Shown one piece after another: positions 1-8,749 of a DNA stretch of 64,000 nucleotides. The DNA comes from Dehalococcoidia bacterium (GTDB lineage Bacteria > Chloroflexota > Dehalococcoidia > Bin125), in NCBI GenBank assembly GCA_963662615.2, contig CAXXSR010000001.1, forward strand, positions 608,001-672,000. Direction: 5' to 3'. Both the position numbers and the translations under genes were made by a program. The notes beneath the pieces were generated by a model, which searched no databases, was not told where the DNA came from, and was given only the letters and a program-made list of their open reading frames with translations. Positions within the stretch are counted from its first letter, which is position 1. Every line of letters begins with the position of its first letter.

Positions 1-535
1 GCATCTCCACCGTGTAATGATACGGATCCTCCGGCGACACCAGCTCCGGGCTGAACGCCTCCAGGTGCTGAATCTCCAGAATCACGCCGTCCCCATCCAG
101 GAAGGCGATGTCGAGGTCCAGCGGCGTATCGCGGTTCCAGAACGGGCCGTTCGTCAGCGTCGGAAAGGCGAAGAGCATCCCCGTGTTGGGCGGCAACTCG
201 GGCCGATGCATCATCCCGCGCCTCCGTCGTTCAAACGTGTCAGCAACCAGCATGCCCAGGGAGACGGCGCGGCCTCCCGGCGCCTCCAGGACCACGTCCG
301 TGTAACTGAATGCCACCTGCTCCACGCCCTCAGGCAGCTCCAGGTCCGGATTCGCGTCTGCGGGGATGGCGGTCGCCGGTGGCAGGGCGACCGCGACCGT
401 ATTGGGATCGTTGCTCCCGCTATTGCCACCGCAGGCGAGAGCAAGAGCCGCCACCGCAGCGGCGCCCAGCAACACCAGCGGGGGGCCGGTCCCACGGCCG
501 TGGAGCAAGCGCCGCCGCCACATCCTTCGCTGCAT
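1..535 (-). CDS. DUF192 family protein, probable lipoprotein (3' end runs off the window)
   Basis: Not in the ORF track. Manual translation gives MQRRMWRRR...AALALAC|GGNSG (lipobox-like) then VADTFERRRRGMMHRPELPPNTGMLFAF...FWNRDTPLDLDIAFLD...YTVEM, the DUF192 pattern. Confidence 0.8.
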   Translation of the reverse strand, partial: MQRRMWRRRLLHGRGTGPPLVLLGAAAVAALALACGGNSGSNDPNTVAVALPPATAIPADANPDLELPEGVEQVAFSYTDVVLEAPGGRAVSLGMLVADTFERRRRGMMHRPELPPNTGMLFAFPTLTNGPFWNRDTPLDLDIAFLDGDGVILEIQHLEAFSPELVSPEDPYHYTVEM

Positions 536-625
536 GGCTCATAGGGTAGCGACGGCCCCGGTCCCTGGTGCAACCGTGCGCGCTTCCGGCCTGGCGGGCG
601 GACGGGCTGGCGCGTCGCGACGCTG

Positions 626-1432
626 CTAGGCGGCGATCTGCCCAGCGGGGCGTTTGCGGTAGAAGTTGCCGCCCAGCCGCTCGTAGCCCAGGGCATCGGC
701 GCCCAAGATGGACTCCGTGGCGCCGATGAAGAGGACGCCGTCCGGCGCCAGCGAGGCGTGGAAGCGGGCCAACAGCTCCTCCTTGACCTCATCCGTGAAG
801 TAGATAATCACGTTGCGGCAGAGGATCAGATCGAAGCCGCTGTCGAAGCGACCCGTGAGCAAGTTCAGCTCCCGAAACGCCACCTGTCGTCGCAGGCTCG
901 CAGCGATGTTGTGCCCATTGCCATCCGCCTGGAAGTAGTTTTGCAGGTACGGTGTCGGGACGCTGCGGATGTCGGTTGCAGTGTACGGCCCGCCCTGGCG
1001 CGCCTGCGCCAGCACCTTGCGGTCGATGTCCGTGCCCAGGATGCGGCCGCGCGGCCGGATCCCCAGCTCGGCAAGCAAGATCGCCACCGTGTAGACCTCG
1101 CCGCCGATCGAGCAGCCGGCGCTCCAGATCTTCGGGCTCCGCGCAGCCGTGGCGATCTGGGGCAGCACCGTGCGCTGCAGCTCCCGCCACTGCGCGGGGT
1201 CGCGGAAGAACTCGGTCACGTTGATGGTGAGCATGTCGCGCAGCTCCTCCCGCAGGGTGGCATCCCGCGCGACGTGCGAGGCGAAAGCGGCGGCGCCGGC
1301 GAAGCCGCGCCGGCTGATGAACGCGTCCAGCCGGCGACGCACCTGGACCGGCTTGTAGTCGTTGAGATTCAGCCCCAACAGCGATTCAATGCGGGCCTTG
1401 AGGAGGGTGAAGTCACGATCGTCCAGGGCCAT
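626..1432 (-). CDS. cheR: Chemotaxis protein-glutamate O-methyltransferase CheR
   Basis: Motifs TINVTEFFRD, IWSAGCSIGGEVYT, GTDID, FDLILCRNVIIYF; SD AGGAGG upstream. Confidence 0.93.
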   Translation of the reverse strand: MALDDRDFTLLKARIESLLGLNLNDYKPVQVRRRLDAFISRRGFAGAAAFASHVARDATLREELRDMLTINVTEFFRDPAQWRELQRTVLPQIATAARSPKIWSAGCSIGGEVYTVAILLAELGIRPRGRILGTDIDRKVLAQARQGGPYTATDIRSVPTPYLQNYFQADGNGHNIAASLRRQVAFRELNLLTGRFDSGFDLILCRNVIIYFTDEVKEELLARFHASLAPDGVLFIGATESILGADALGYERLGGNFYRKRPAGQIAA

Positions 1433-1456
1433 GCCGGGCCTCCTGCTCTCGTGCCA

Positions 1457-1484
1457 TCATCGACATGAGGGTGCCGGCCCCTAA
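1457..1484 (-). promoter_or_regulatory. Possible sigma28 (FliA/SigD)-type promoter for cheR
   Basis: Minus strand TTAG-N16-GTCGATGA resembles the TAAA-N15/16-GCCGATAA consensus, about 25 nt upstream of the start. Confidence 0.35.
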
Positions 1485-1564
1485 GGGGCTGATCGGGTCG
1501 CGGCCGCCGTTTTGGCCGGCTGCGCAGGGCGGATTGGTACACTCGCCGGGGGCGTCGGCGTCGC

Positions 1565-1637
1565 GGGCCCGTAGCTCAGGGGTCAGAGCAGGCGGCTCAT
1601 AACCGCTCGGTCGAAGGTTCGAATCCTTCCGGGCCCA
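1565..1637 (+). tRNA. tRNA with CAU anticodon, most likely tRNA-Ile2 (lysidine-modified); CCA not fully encoded
   Basis: Acceptor GGGCCCG/CGGGCCC+A, anticodon arm GGCGG-CTCATAA-CCGCT, T-loop GGTTCGAATCC. Resembles ileX-type tRNAs and lacks initiator features. TACACT -10 element upstream. Confidence 0.9.
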
Positions 1638-1687
1638 CCGGCCCCCAGCGCGGGCTGCGAGGATGTGGAGAAGGGGGAGTGCGCCAG

Positions 1688-2290
1688 ATGGCCGCGGCGG
1701 AGCTGTGGGAGGTCATCCGTGTCGCCGTCGCGCGACACTGGGTGCGCCACATCGACGTCGCGGCGCGAGCGCAGGCCGCCGTGTTGCTTCCCATCCTGGC
1801 CTTTGAGTCCGGGCCCCGCGTCCTCTTCACGCGCCGCAGCGCGACGGTGGAGCATCACCAAGGCGAGATCTCGTTTCCCGGCGGCGTTGTTGACCCCCAA
1901 GACCGCGACCTGCGCTCTACCGCCCTCCGCGAGGCGCAGGAAGAGGTGGGCATTGCTCCCGCGGACGTCGACGTGCTGGGCCCGCTCAGCCACCACGTCA
2001 CCCGCTCCGGCTTCCACGTGAGCCCGTACGTGGGCATCGTTCAGCCGGCGCCCTACGCTTACCGGCTGCGCAGGGAAGAAGTGGCGGAGGTGTTGGAGGT
2101 GCCGCTGGGCCACCTCCTTGATTCGCGCAACGCGGAGCGGTACGAGCGCCAGCGCGATGGCGAACGCGTGGTGGCGCTCGCCTACCGCTGGAACGGCCGT
2201 CGCATTCATGGGGCCACGGCCGCCATCCTCCACTCGTTTTTGGTGGAGGTCGCGAAGCAGCTCGGCGATCAGCGCTCGTCGCCGGACTGA
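1688..2290 (+). CDS. Nudix hydrolase, CoA pyrophosphatase (NudL-like)
   Basis: AAVLLP, FTRRS..HQGEISFPGG, TALREAQEEVG Nudix box, IHGATA. Confidence 0.88.
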   Translation: MAAAELWEVIRVAVARHWVRHIDVAARAQAAVLLPILAFESGPRVLFTRRSATVEHHQGEISFPGGVVDPQDRDLRSTALREAQEEVGIAPADVDVLGPLSHHVTRSGFHVSPYVGIVQPAPYAYRLRREEVAEVLEVPLGHLLDSRNAERYERQRDGERVVALAYRWNGRRIHGATAAILHSFLVEVAKQLGDQRSSPD

Positions 2291-2676
2291 TCGCGTCCCG
2301 GCCCGGCACTCACCATCATCACGCGACCGTTCGTCGCCACGAACAGCATGCCGCCGCCGGCCAGCCGGAAGATCACCTCCACGCCGTCGATGATCTCGGT
2401 CTCCGCGATCCCCTTGGCCACCCAGGCGTGCGGGCCGCAGGTGACGTCGGCGCGGGCCAGCGACGGCCAGCAGACCAGGCGGACGGTGCCGCTCGGCCCC
2501 CGATGGGTCAGGGCGTAGGCGGGCTCGCCCGGCTGCGGGGCGTACGGCTCTTCCACCGCCACCACGCCGAAGAGCGCCGCAATCCCCTCCACGGCGGCCT
2601 GGGGCAGCCCCGCGTACCGACGCCGGGCGCCGGCGGCCGGCGGGGCCGGCCGGCCCTCCGCGGCGGCCTCAGGCAT
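2269..2676 (-). CDS. Hypothetical protein (135 aa)
   Basis: Start overlaps the end of rarA; protein-like composition; no family recognised. Confidence 0.65.
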   Translation of the reverse strand: MPEAAAEGRPAPPAAGARRRYAGLPQAAVEGIAALFGVVAVEEPYAPQPGEPAYALTHRGPSGTVRLVCWPSLARADVTCGPHAWVAKGIAETEIIDGVEVIFRLAGGGMLFVATNGRVMMVSAGPGRDQSGDER

Positions 2677-4105
2677 CGCGGTGCTTCGGGCCCGGCGCGG
2701 CCTGGCCCGCCGTCCGCCCTTCCGGGGGCGCCGCGGCCCGCCGCGGAGGCGCGCGCTCCTCGCGCGCGGGGCGCCCGGCGGCCAGGTCCGGTTCTCGGCC
2801 CCTGGAGCCGGGCTCGTAGTAGCGACGCCCCACCAGCGTCGCCGGCAGGTGCGTCTGCTCCGGCGCGCGCTGCTCGTCGTAGTCGTGCGCGTTCTGGTAG
2901 CCCGCTCCGTACCCCAGCGACCGCATCAGCCCCGTGACCGCATTGCGCAGGTGCAGCGGCACCGGCAGGTCGCCGTGCTCGCGCACGTCCGCCTGCGCGC
3001 GCCCATAAGCGGTCAAGGCGGAATTGCTCTTCGGCGCCAGCGCCAGATACACGGTGGCTTCCGCCATGGGCAGATAGCCCTCCGGCAGCCCAATGAAGTG
3101 GACCGCCTGCTGTGCCGCGACGGCGATGCCAAGCGCCTGTGGCTCCGCCAGCCCCACGTCCTCCGCCGCCAGGATGACCATGCGCCGCATAATAAAAAGC
3201 GGATCCTCGCCGGCCTCGATCATCCGCGCCAGCCAGTACAGCGCCGCGTCGGGATCGGAGCCGCGCACCGACTTGATGAAGGCCGAAATGGCGTCGTAGT
3301 GGGCGTCGCCGGCCTTGTCGTAATCGAGCCGCCGTTCCACGACGCGCTCCACCGCCTCGACGCTCACCACGCCCGCGCCGTCCGCGCCCGCGGCGTCCTG
3401 CACGCACAGCTCCAGGCTATTCAGCGCGGCGCGAGCATCGCCGCCGCTGAGCCCGGCCAGCGCTGCCAGCGCCGCCTCCTCGACTCGGACGTCCATTTGC
3501 CCCAAGCCACGCTCGTTGTCATGGAGCGCGCGTTCCAGCAGCAGGCGCACCGCTTCGGGCTCCAGCCGGCGCAGCGTGAAGACACGCGAGCGCGACAGCA
3601 ACGGCGCGATCACCTCAAACGAGGGGTTCTCCGTGGTCGCGCCCACCAGCGTGATGGTGCCGTCCTCCACGGAAGGGAGGACGGCGTCCTGCTGCGCCTT
3701 GTTGAAGCGGTGAATCTCGTCAATGAACAGGATCGTCGGCTGGCCGCCGTCTTGGCCGCGCGCCCGCGCCTCGCGAATCGCCCGTCGCAGGTCCGCGACG
3801 CCGCTGGACACCGCCGAGAACTGCTCGAAGTGCGACGCCGTCTCCCCCGCGATGATCCGCGCCAGCGTCGTCTTCCCGCTTCCCGGTGGGCCCCAGAAGA
3901 TGCTCGACGGCACCGCGTCCGTCTCGATCGCCCGCCGCAACGGACGCCCCGGCCCCACCAGCGGCTCTTGCCCCACAAACTCCGCCAGGCCGCGGGGGCG
4001 CATGCGCGCGGCCAGCGGCGCGCGCGGATCAATCGCATCGAGCGAGTCAAACAGGCTCGGGCCGCCGGACCGGCGGCGACGGCTGGACCCGCTCCCTGCC
4101 GCCAT
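2669..4105 (-). CDS. rarA: Replication-associated recombination protein A (MgsA/RarA AAA+ ATPase)
   Basis: PLAARMRP, WGPPGSGKTT, FIDEIHRFNKAQQD, GATTENP, ISAFIKSVRGSDPDA, VPLHLRNA. Confidence 0.95.
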   Translation of the reverse strand: MAAGSGSSRRRRSGGPSLFDSLDAIDPRAPLAARMRPRGLAEFVGQEPLVGPGRPLRRAIETDAVPSSIFWGPPGSGKTTLARIIAGETASHFEQFSAVSSGVADLRRAIREARARGQDGGQPTILFIDEIHRFNKAQQDAVLPSVEDGTITLVGATTENPSFEVIAPLLSRSRVFTLRRLEPEAVRLLLERALHDNERGLGQMDVRVEEAALAALAGLSGGDARAALNSLELCVQDAAGADGAGVVSVEAVERVVERRLDYDKAGDAHYDAISAFIKSVRGSDPDAALYWLARMIEAGEDPLFIMRRMVILAAEDVGLAEPQALGIAVAAQQAVHFIGLPEGYLPMAEATVYLALAPKSNSALTAYGRAQADVREHGDLPVPLHLRNAVTGLMRSLGYGAGYQNAHDYDEQRAPEQTHLPATLVGRRYYEPGSRGREPDLAAGRPAREERAPPRRAAAPPEGRTAGQAAPGPKHRDA

Positions 4106-4211
4106 GGCGACTGCCCTCAGCCTTCAGTCCCGGCCGTTTCCTCCGGGCTGCGCTCAGCATAGCGGCTGCAGCGGCCGCTTCGGCAGGCCCGCCCGTGGGA
4201 CGCGCGCGCGT

Positions 4212-4835
4212 CTACAGGATTCGGCGTTTGCGGCCTTGGCGCGTGGCCTGCCACCCGCTGTAGAGCGACTCCGCCCGTCCCTGCGCCATCTTCCAATGGC
4301 GGTCCGGCTCCTCGCTCGCCTCCGGGTGCGACCCGAGCCACGCGCCCTCCACCGCCTCCGGGCGCAGCTCGCCCACCATCGCCCCACGGAGCAACGCCGC
4401 CTCCAGGATTTCGAGCGCGGAGGCTCGCGGCACAACCGGCGCCGCCGCCGCCGATCCCGCCGGCTGGAACCGCTGCACGGCCAGGTCTGCGAACCCGAGC
4501 AGCGACTCCACGTCGATCGCTGCGATCGCGTCAAGGATCTCCTGCGTGGCGCGCTTCTCCTCAACGTATCGCTGCGCGGTCGCGGGAACCGGATGGACCT
4601 CGCGTAGCAGCCGCAGGGCGAACTCGTCGCGTCGCTGCGAGAGCAACAGGCAGGACCAGAAGGCAGGGCGTGCCAGATCGGAAAGCTCCCAGCCTGGGTA
4701 GTCACGGGCGACGTCGCGCTGCGCCCGCGGCCGCAGTTGGGTAAGGAAGTCGGTCGCCGCGACCTGGAGAACGGCACGACCGGGGCGGCCCTTGGCTGGG
4801 CGCTCCAGAGCATCGGCGAGGCGTCGCAGGAGCAT
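4212..4835 (-). CDS. Hypothetical protein (207 aa)
   Basis: Fills the gap between mutS2 and rarA on the same strand; no recognised domain. Confidence 0.6.
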   Translation of the reverse strand: MLLRRLADALERPAKGRPGRAVLQVAATDFLTQLRPRAQRDVARDYPGWELSDLARPAFWSCLLLSQRRDEFALRLLREVHPVPATAQRYVEEKRATQEILDAIAAIDVESLLGFADLAVQRFQPAGSAAAAPVVPRASALEILEAALLRGAMVGELRPEAVEGAWLGSHPEASEEPDRHWKMAQGRAESLYSGWQATRQGRKRRIL

Positions 4836-4859
4836 GCCGCTACATTCCCGTATGCACAG

Positions 4860-7274
4860 CTACACCGCCATATGCACGATGGTCACGCCCGCGCCGCCTT
4901 CACGCGGGGCCGCCTCCTCGTACTTCGTCACCAGCGGATGTCGCCGCAGCCGTTCGCGCACCACCTGACGCAGCGTCCCGGTGCCTTTCCCGTGCACCAC
5001 TTCCAGCCACTGCAACCCGGCCCGATAGGCCTGATCAAGGAATTGCTCCACCGCCGGCAGCGCCTCCTCCACCGTCTGCCCTCGCAATTCGATGCGCGAC
5101 GTCGCCTCGGCCGGCTCCACGTCGTATCGGACCCACCCGCGCGACTGCTCGGGCCGCTCCCCGTCCCCCCGCCCCACGCCTTCCACCTGCGCGCTGTGCA
5201 CGCGTGTCCGCAGCGCACCCAGTTGGACGTCCAGGTAGCCGTCCTCGTCCACGGCGCTCAGAGCCTGGCCCGGCTGCTCCACGCCTTCTAGATAGAGAAC
5301 GTCGCCCGCCTCGATCGCCTGCGGCGCGGCAGGCCTTCCGCGTCGATGATCCAACCCGCGGCGCTGCGCCGACCCGCGCTGCTGTATCCCCGCTCGCGCC
5401 CGACGCACCTCGGCCAGCCGTCGCTCCGCCGCCTGCATCTCCGTACGCGCGCTGACGGCGCTCTCCTTGTCTCCCTTGGCAATGCGCTTTTCCGCCGCCC
5501 GCAGCGCTTGGCGGACCGCCGCCAAGTGCTGCTCCATCTCCAGTTCCGTGCGCGCCAGCAGCGCCTCGCGCTCACCTTCGACTTCCTCGCGCCGACGGCG
5601 CAAGCCCGCGCGAATCTCCTCCGCTTCCCCACGCGCGAACTCCTCGGCCCGCCGCGCCTCGCTCGCCGCGGCCTGCTCCCGCTGCAGGCTTGCCAGCAGG
5701 CTTTCCATGTCGGTCTCCTGCGGGCTGTAGCGGGCCAGGGCCTCGTCCAGGACGCTCTCCGGCATCCCCAGCCGCCGCGCGATGGCGATGGCGTTGCTGC
5801 GCCCCGGCAGCCCCATCGCCAGACGGTAGGTCGGCGCTAGCGTCTCGGCGTCGAACTCCACTGACGCGTTCACCACTCCCTCCGTGGCATGGGCGAACAG
5901 CTTCAGTTCCCCGTGGTGCGTCGTCGCCACCACCGTGGCGTCCAGCTCCAGAAGGTGCGTGAGGATGGCGCGGCCCAGCGCGGCCCCCTCGGTGGGATCG
6001 GTGCCGGCGCCCAGCTCGTCCAGCAGCACCAAGCTCTGCGGCCCCGCGATCCGCAGGATGCGAATGATGTTGGTCATGTGCGACGAGAACGTGGAGAGCG
6101 ACTGCTCAATGCTCTGCTCGTCGCCAATATCGGCGTAGACGCCCTGGTACGCGGGCACCTGCGTGCCGGGCTCGGCCGGCAGGGGCAGCCCCGCCTGGGC
6201 CATCAGCGCCAGCAGCCCCACCGTCTTCAGCGCCACCGTTTTCCCGCCCGTGTTGGGGCCCGTGATCAGGACGCCGCGCTGCGGCCCGCCCGCCACCACC
6301 GAGATCGGCACCACGTCGCCCCTCAGGAGCGGATGCCGCGCCGACTGCAGCCGCAGCTCGCCGGGCGCCTCCACCACCCATGCCAGCGCGTCGTTGGCCG
6401 ACGGCAAGCCGGCCTGCAACTCCACCCCCAGCTCCGCCTTCGCCATGGCGAAATCGATCTCGCCCACCGCCCCTAGGGCGCTCTTGATCGCGCCGGCCTC
6501 CGCGCCCACCAGCGCACTCAGCCGACGCAGGATCCGCTCCACCTCACGTTGCTCCGCCAGCCGCGCTTCCCGCCAGCCGTTGCCCAGCTCCACCGCCGCC
6601 AGCGGCTCCACGAAGACGGTCGCCCCGCTCGACGAAACGTCGTGCACCACACTGGGCAGATGCCCGCGGGACTCCGCCTTGATCGGGATCACATAGCGCC
6701 CGTCCCGCTCCGTCACGATCGCTTCCTGCGCAATGCCCTGCGCCACGGCCCGATCCAGGATCCGTTGCACTCGCTCCAGCAGGCGGTCGTGTGCGACGCG
6801 GGAAGCGGCGCGCAGCGCCGACAGCTCCGGGCTCGCCCCATCCAGCACCTCGCCGCGCGCGTCGATCGCCCCCTCAATGGCGGCGATCAGCGGCGCGAAC
6901 TCGCCGATGTGCCGCGCGATCTGCGACAGTTGGGGCAACTCGCGGCCCAGGGGGACGAGCTGAGCGCGGGTCCGCCGCGCCGCCTGCAGAAAGCCGGCCA
7001 CCGTCAGCAGATCGGCCGGCGCCAGTTGCGCCCCCTGCGCCGCCGCCTCGCCCAGCGCGCTCAGATCCGTGATCGCGCCCAGGCCGAAGTCCGGCTTGAG
7101 CCGTCGCAGCGCCATCGCCTCCGCCGTCAGGCGCTGGCGCCGCTTAATCTCATCCAGATCGCTGCTGGGAGTGAGGGCGCGCGCAAGCTGACGGCCCCAC
7201 GGGGACACGCACAGCTCGGCCAGCCGCGCCGTGATCTTGGGGAATTCCAGAAATTCGAGCGACTTCTGGTCCAG
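4860..7274 (-). CDS. mutS2: Endonuclease MutS2 (Smr domain); probable CTG start
   Basis: ITGPNTGGKT, DIGDEQSIEQSLSTFSSH, LLDELGAGTDP, C-terminal Smr VHGKGTG. The frame extends upstream to GAGGAG-AGCC-CTG giving (M)DQKSLEFLEFPKI, a typical MutS2 N-terminus. Confidence 0.93.
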   Translation of the reverse strand: MDQKSLEFLEFPKITARLAELCVSPWGRQLARALTPSSDLDEIKRRQRLTAEAMALRRLKPDFGLGAITDLSALGEAAAQGAQLAPADLLTVAGFLQAARRTRAQLVPLGRELPQLSQIARHIGEFAPLIAAIEGAIDARGEVLDGASPELSALRAASRVAHDRLLERVQRILDRAVAQGIAQEAIVTERDGRYVIPIKAESRGHLPSVVHDVSSSGATVFVEPLAAVELGNGWREARLAEQREVERILRRLSALVGAEAGAIKSALGAVGEIDFAMAKAELGVELQAGLPSANDALAWVVEAPGELRLQSARHPLLRGDVVPISVVAGGPQRGVLITGPNTGGKTVALKTVGLLALMAQAGLPLPAEPGTQVPAYQGVYADIGDEQSIEQSLSTFSSHMTNIIRILRIAGPQSLVLLDELGAGTDPTEGAALGRAILTHLLELDATVVATTHHGELKLFAHATEGVVNASVEFDAETLAPTYRLAMGLPGRSNAIAIARRLGMPESVLDEALARYSPQETDMESLLASLQREQAAASEARRAEEFARGEAEEIRAGLRRRREEVEGEREALLARTELEMEQHLAAVRQALRAAEKRIAKGDKESAVSARTEMQAAERRLAEVRRARAGIQQRGSAQRRGLDHRRGRPAAPQAIEAGDVLYLEGVEQPGQALSAVDEDGYLDVQLGALRTRVHSAQVEGVGRGDGERPEQSRGWVRYDVEPAEATSRIELRGQTVEEALPAVEQFLDQAYRAGLQWLEVVHGKGTGTLRQVVRERLRRHPLVTKYEEAAPREGGAGVTIVHMAV

Positions 7275-7300
7275 GGCTCTCCTCGCGACTCCCGCTGCGT

Positions 7301-8689
7301 CTACTCGGCGTACCGCTCGACTTCGAAGCGGTGCAGCGTCACCGGTTCATCCGGTCCAATGCCGCCCTTCTGCCGCGCGATGGCCACCTGCTCCTCCGCG
7401 CTCTCCACGTCGTTGAGGTCCGGCAGCAGGATGCCTCGCCGCTGTCCGCACTCCACCACCACGCCGTAGCGCTGCGGCTGCAACTGCGACACGTTGGCGA
7501 TCGGCTCGGGCTCGCCTAACACATCGACTTTGTATCGCAGTTGCGGCAACTCGCCCACCCGGACGGGCGTGAACCGCGGGTCACGGGTCGCTGCGGCGAT
7601 CGCGTTACTGATCACCTCTGCCAGCACATTCGGCTGCGTTGGCTCCAGCGTGCCAATACAGCCCCGGAGCATCGCCTCGCCGTCAAAGATGGAGATGAAC
7701 GCGCCCGCCCGGGTCGCGCGCCAGCGCTCTTGGCTCAGCGGCGGCTCCGTGATCCAGCGCCCTTCACGAAGAAACGCTTCCACGGCCGCTCGCGCCAGGG
7801 CCACGATCTCCTCCCCCGCCGCCGCCGGCGTGGGCGAGACAGGCCCGGGGACGACGGCCGCCTCCGCCCTCGGTTCGCCCCTGTCTTTCGCGGCGCCGAT
7901 CTCCACCAGCGCCGTCATATATCCCACGCCCCAGGGCCCCTCTGAGGCAAGAAGGCGCGGCCGCACCTCCAGCCCGTCCAGCGCCCCCATCAAGATCGCC
8001 ACCGACGGGATCGAATCCTCCGCCGCCAGGCGCCGGTACTCGTCGTCGAATGCCAGCATTCGCTCCACGTCCCAGGCCAAGAACGCTTCCTCGAACTCCT
8101 CCTCAAAGCGCGGCGCAGCCGGGTGGAAACCGTAAGGGCCGTCCGGCTTGAGGGCGTGAGCGCCGTCAGCGCTGGCGATGATCGCCACGCGCCTCTCGCT
8201 CTCCGCCAGCACCGCTCCCAGGGCGCGGCCCAGCGCGTAGTGATCGTGCGGGGAGCCGAAGCTGATGGACAGCATGGTCACCGGCGCCTCCGGCGCCGCA
8301 TCCTGCAGGTAGTAGAGCGGCACCCAGGCGGAGTGGTCGTCGGCGTCCCAGCGATCGATCGCCCGCAGCGTGACGCCCCGCTCGGCTGCCTCCGCCAGCA
8401 GCGCCTCCACGATCTCCCCATCGCAGGCCCGCTCGAAGCGCACGTCCGCCGCGCCGAACCGCCCCAGGTTTCCTAGCAGCCTTCCGCGCAGGACGGAGAA
8501 CGCTTCCCCGTTGATCGGTCCGTGCGGGCAGATCAGCAGGAGGCTCTGGGGGCGCGCTTCGTCGAGCCGCTGCCGTAAGGTCGCAAAGGCGTCCACCGTC
8601 GCCGCTGTGGTGCGCTCCTTCCCCCGCCCGACCTCCGGCACGATGATCGGCGGATGCGGCGTCACGCAGGCGAAGACGGGCCCGGCCAC
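7301..8689 (-). CDS. Fusion of MEMO1/LigB-like domain and AMMECR1 domain (AmmeMemoRadiSam proteins B+A)
   Basis: N-terminal PHPP, HGP, DH..VPL, SADGAH, GPWGVGY; C-terminal GAFISI..LRGCIGT, AATRDPRF, GILLPDL. Confidence 0.85.
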   Translation of the reverse strand: MAGPVFACVTPHPPIIVPEVGRGKERTTAATVDAFATLRQRLDEARPQSLLLICPHGPINGEAFSVLRGRLLGNLGRFGAADVRFERACDGEIVEALLAEAAERGVTLRAIDRWDADDHSAWVPLYYLQDAAPEAPVTMLSISFGSPHDHYALGRALGAVLAESERRVAIIASADGAHALKPDGPYGFHPAAPRFEEEFEEAFLAWDVERMLAFDDEYRRLAAEDSIPSVAILMGALDGLEVRPRLLASEGPWGVGYMTALVEIGAAKDRGEPRAEAAVVPGPVSPTPAAAGEEIVALARAAVEAFLREGRWITEPPLSQERWRATRAGAFISIFDGEAMLRGCIGTLEPTQPNVLAEVISNAIAAATRDPRFTPVRVGELPQLRYKVDVLGEPEPIANVSQLQPQRYGVVVECGQRRGILLPDLNDVESAEEQVAIARQKGGIGPDEPVTLHRFEVERYAE

Positions 8690-8749
8690 GAATTACTCCC
8701 TCTCGCCGTATTGTAGGATCGCCCTCGCGGTCGCGCCCGCGCCTCGGCT

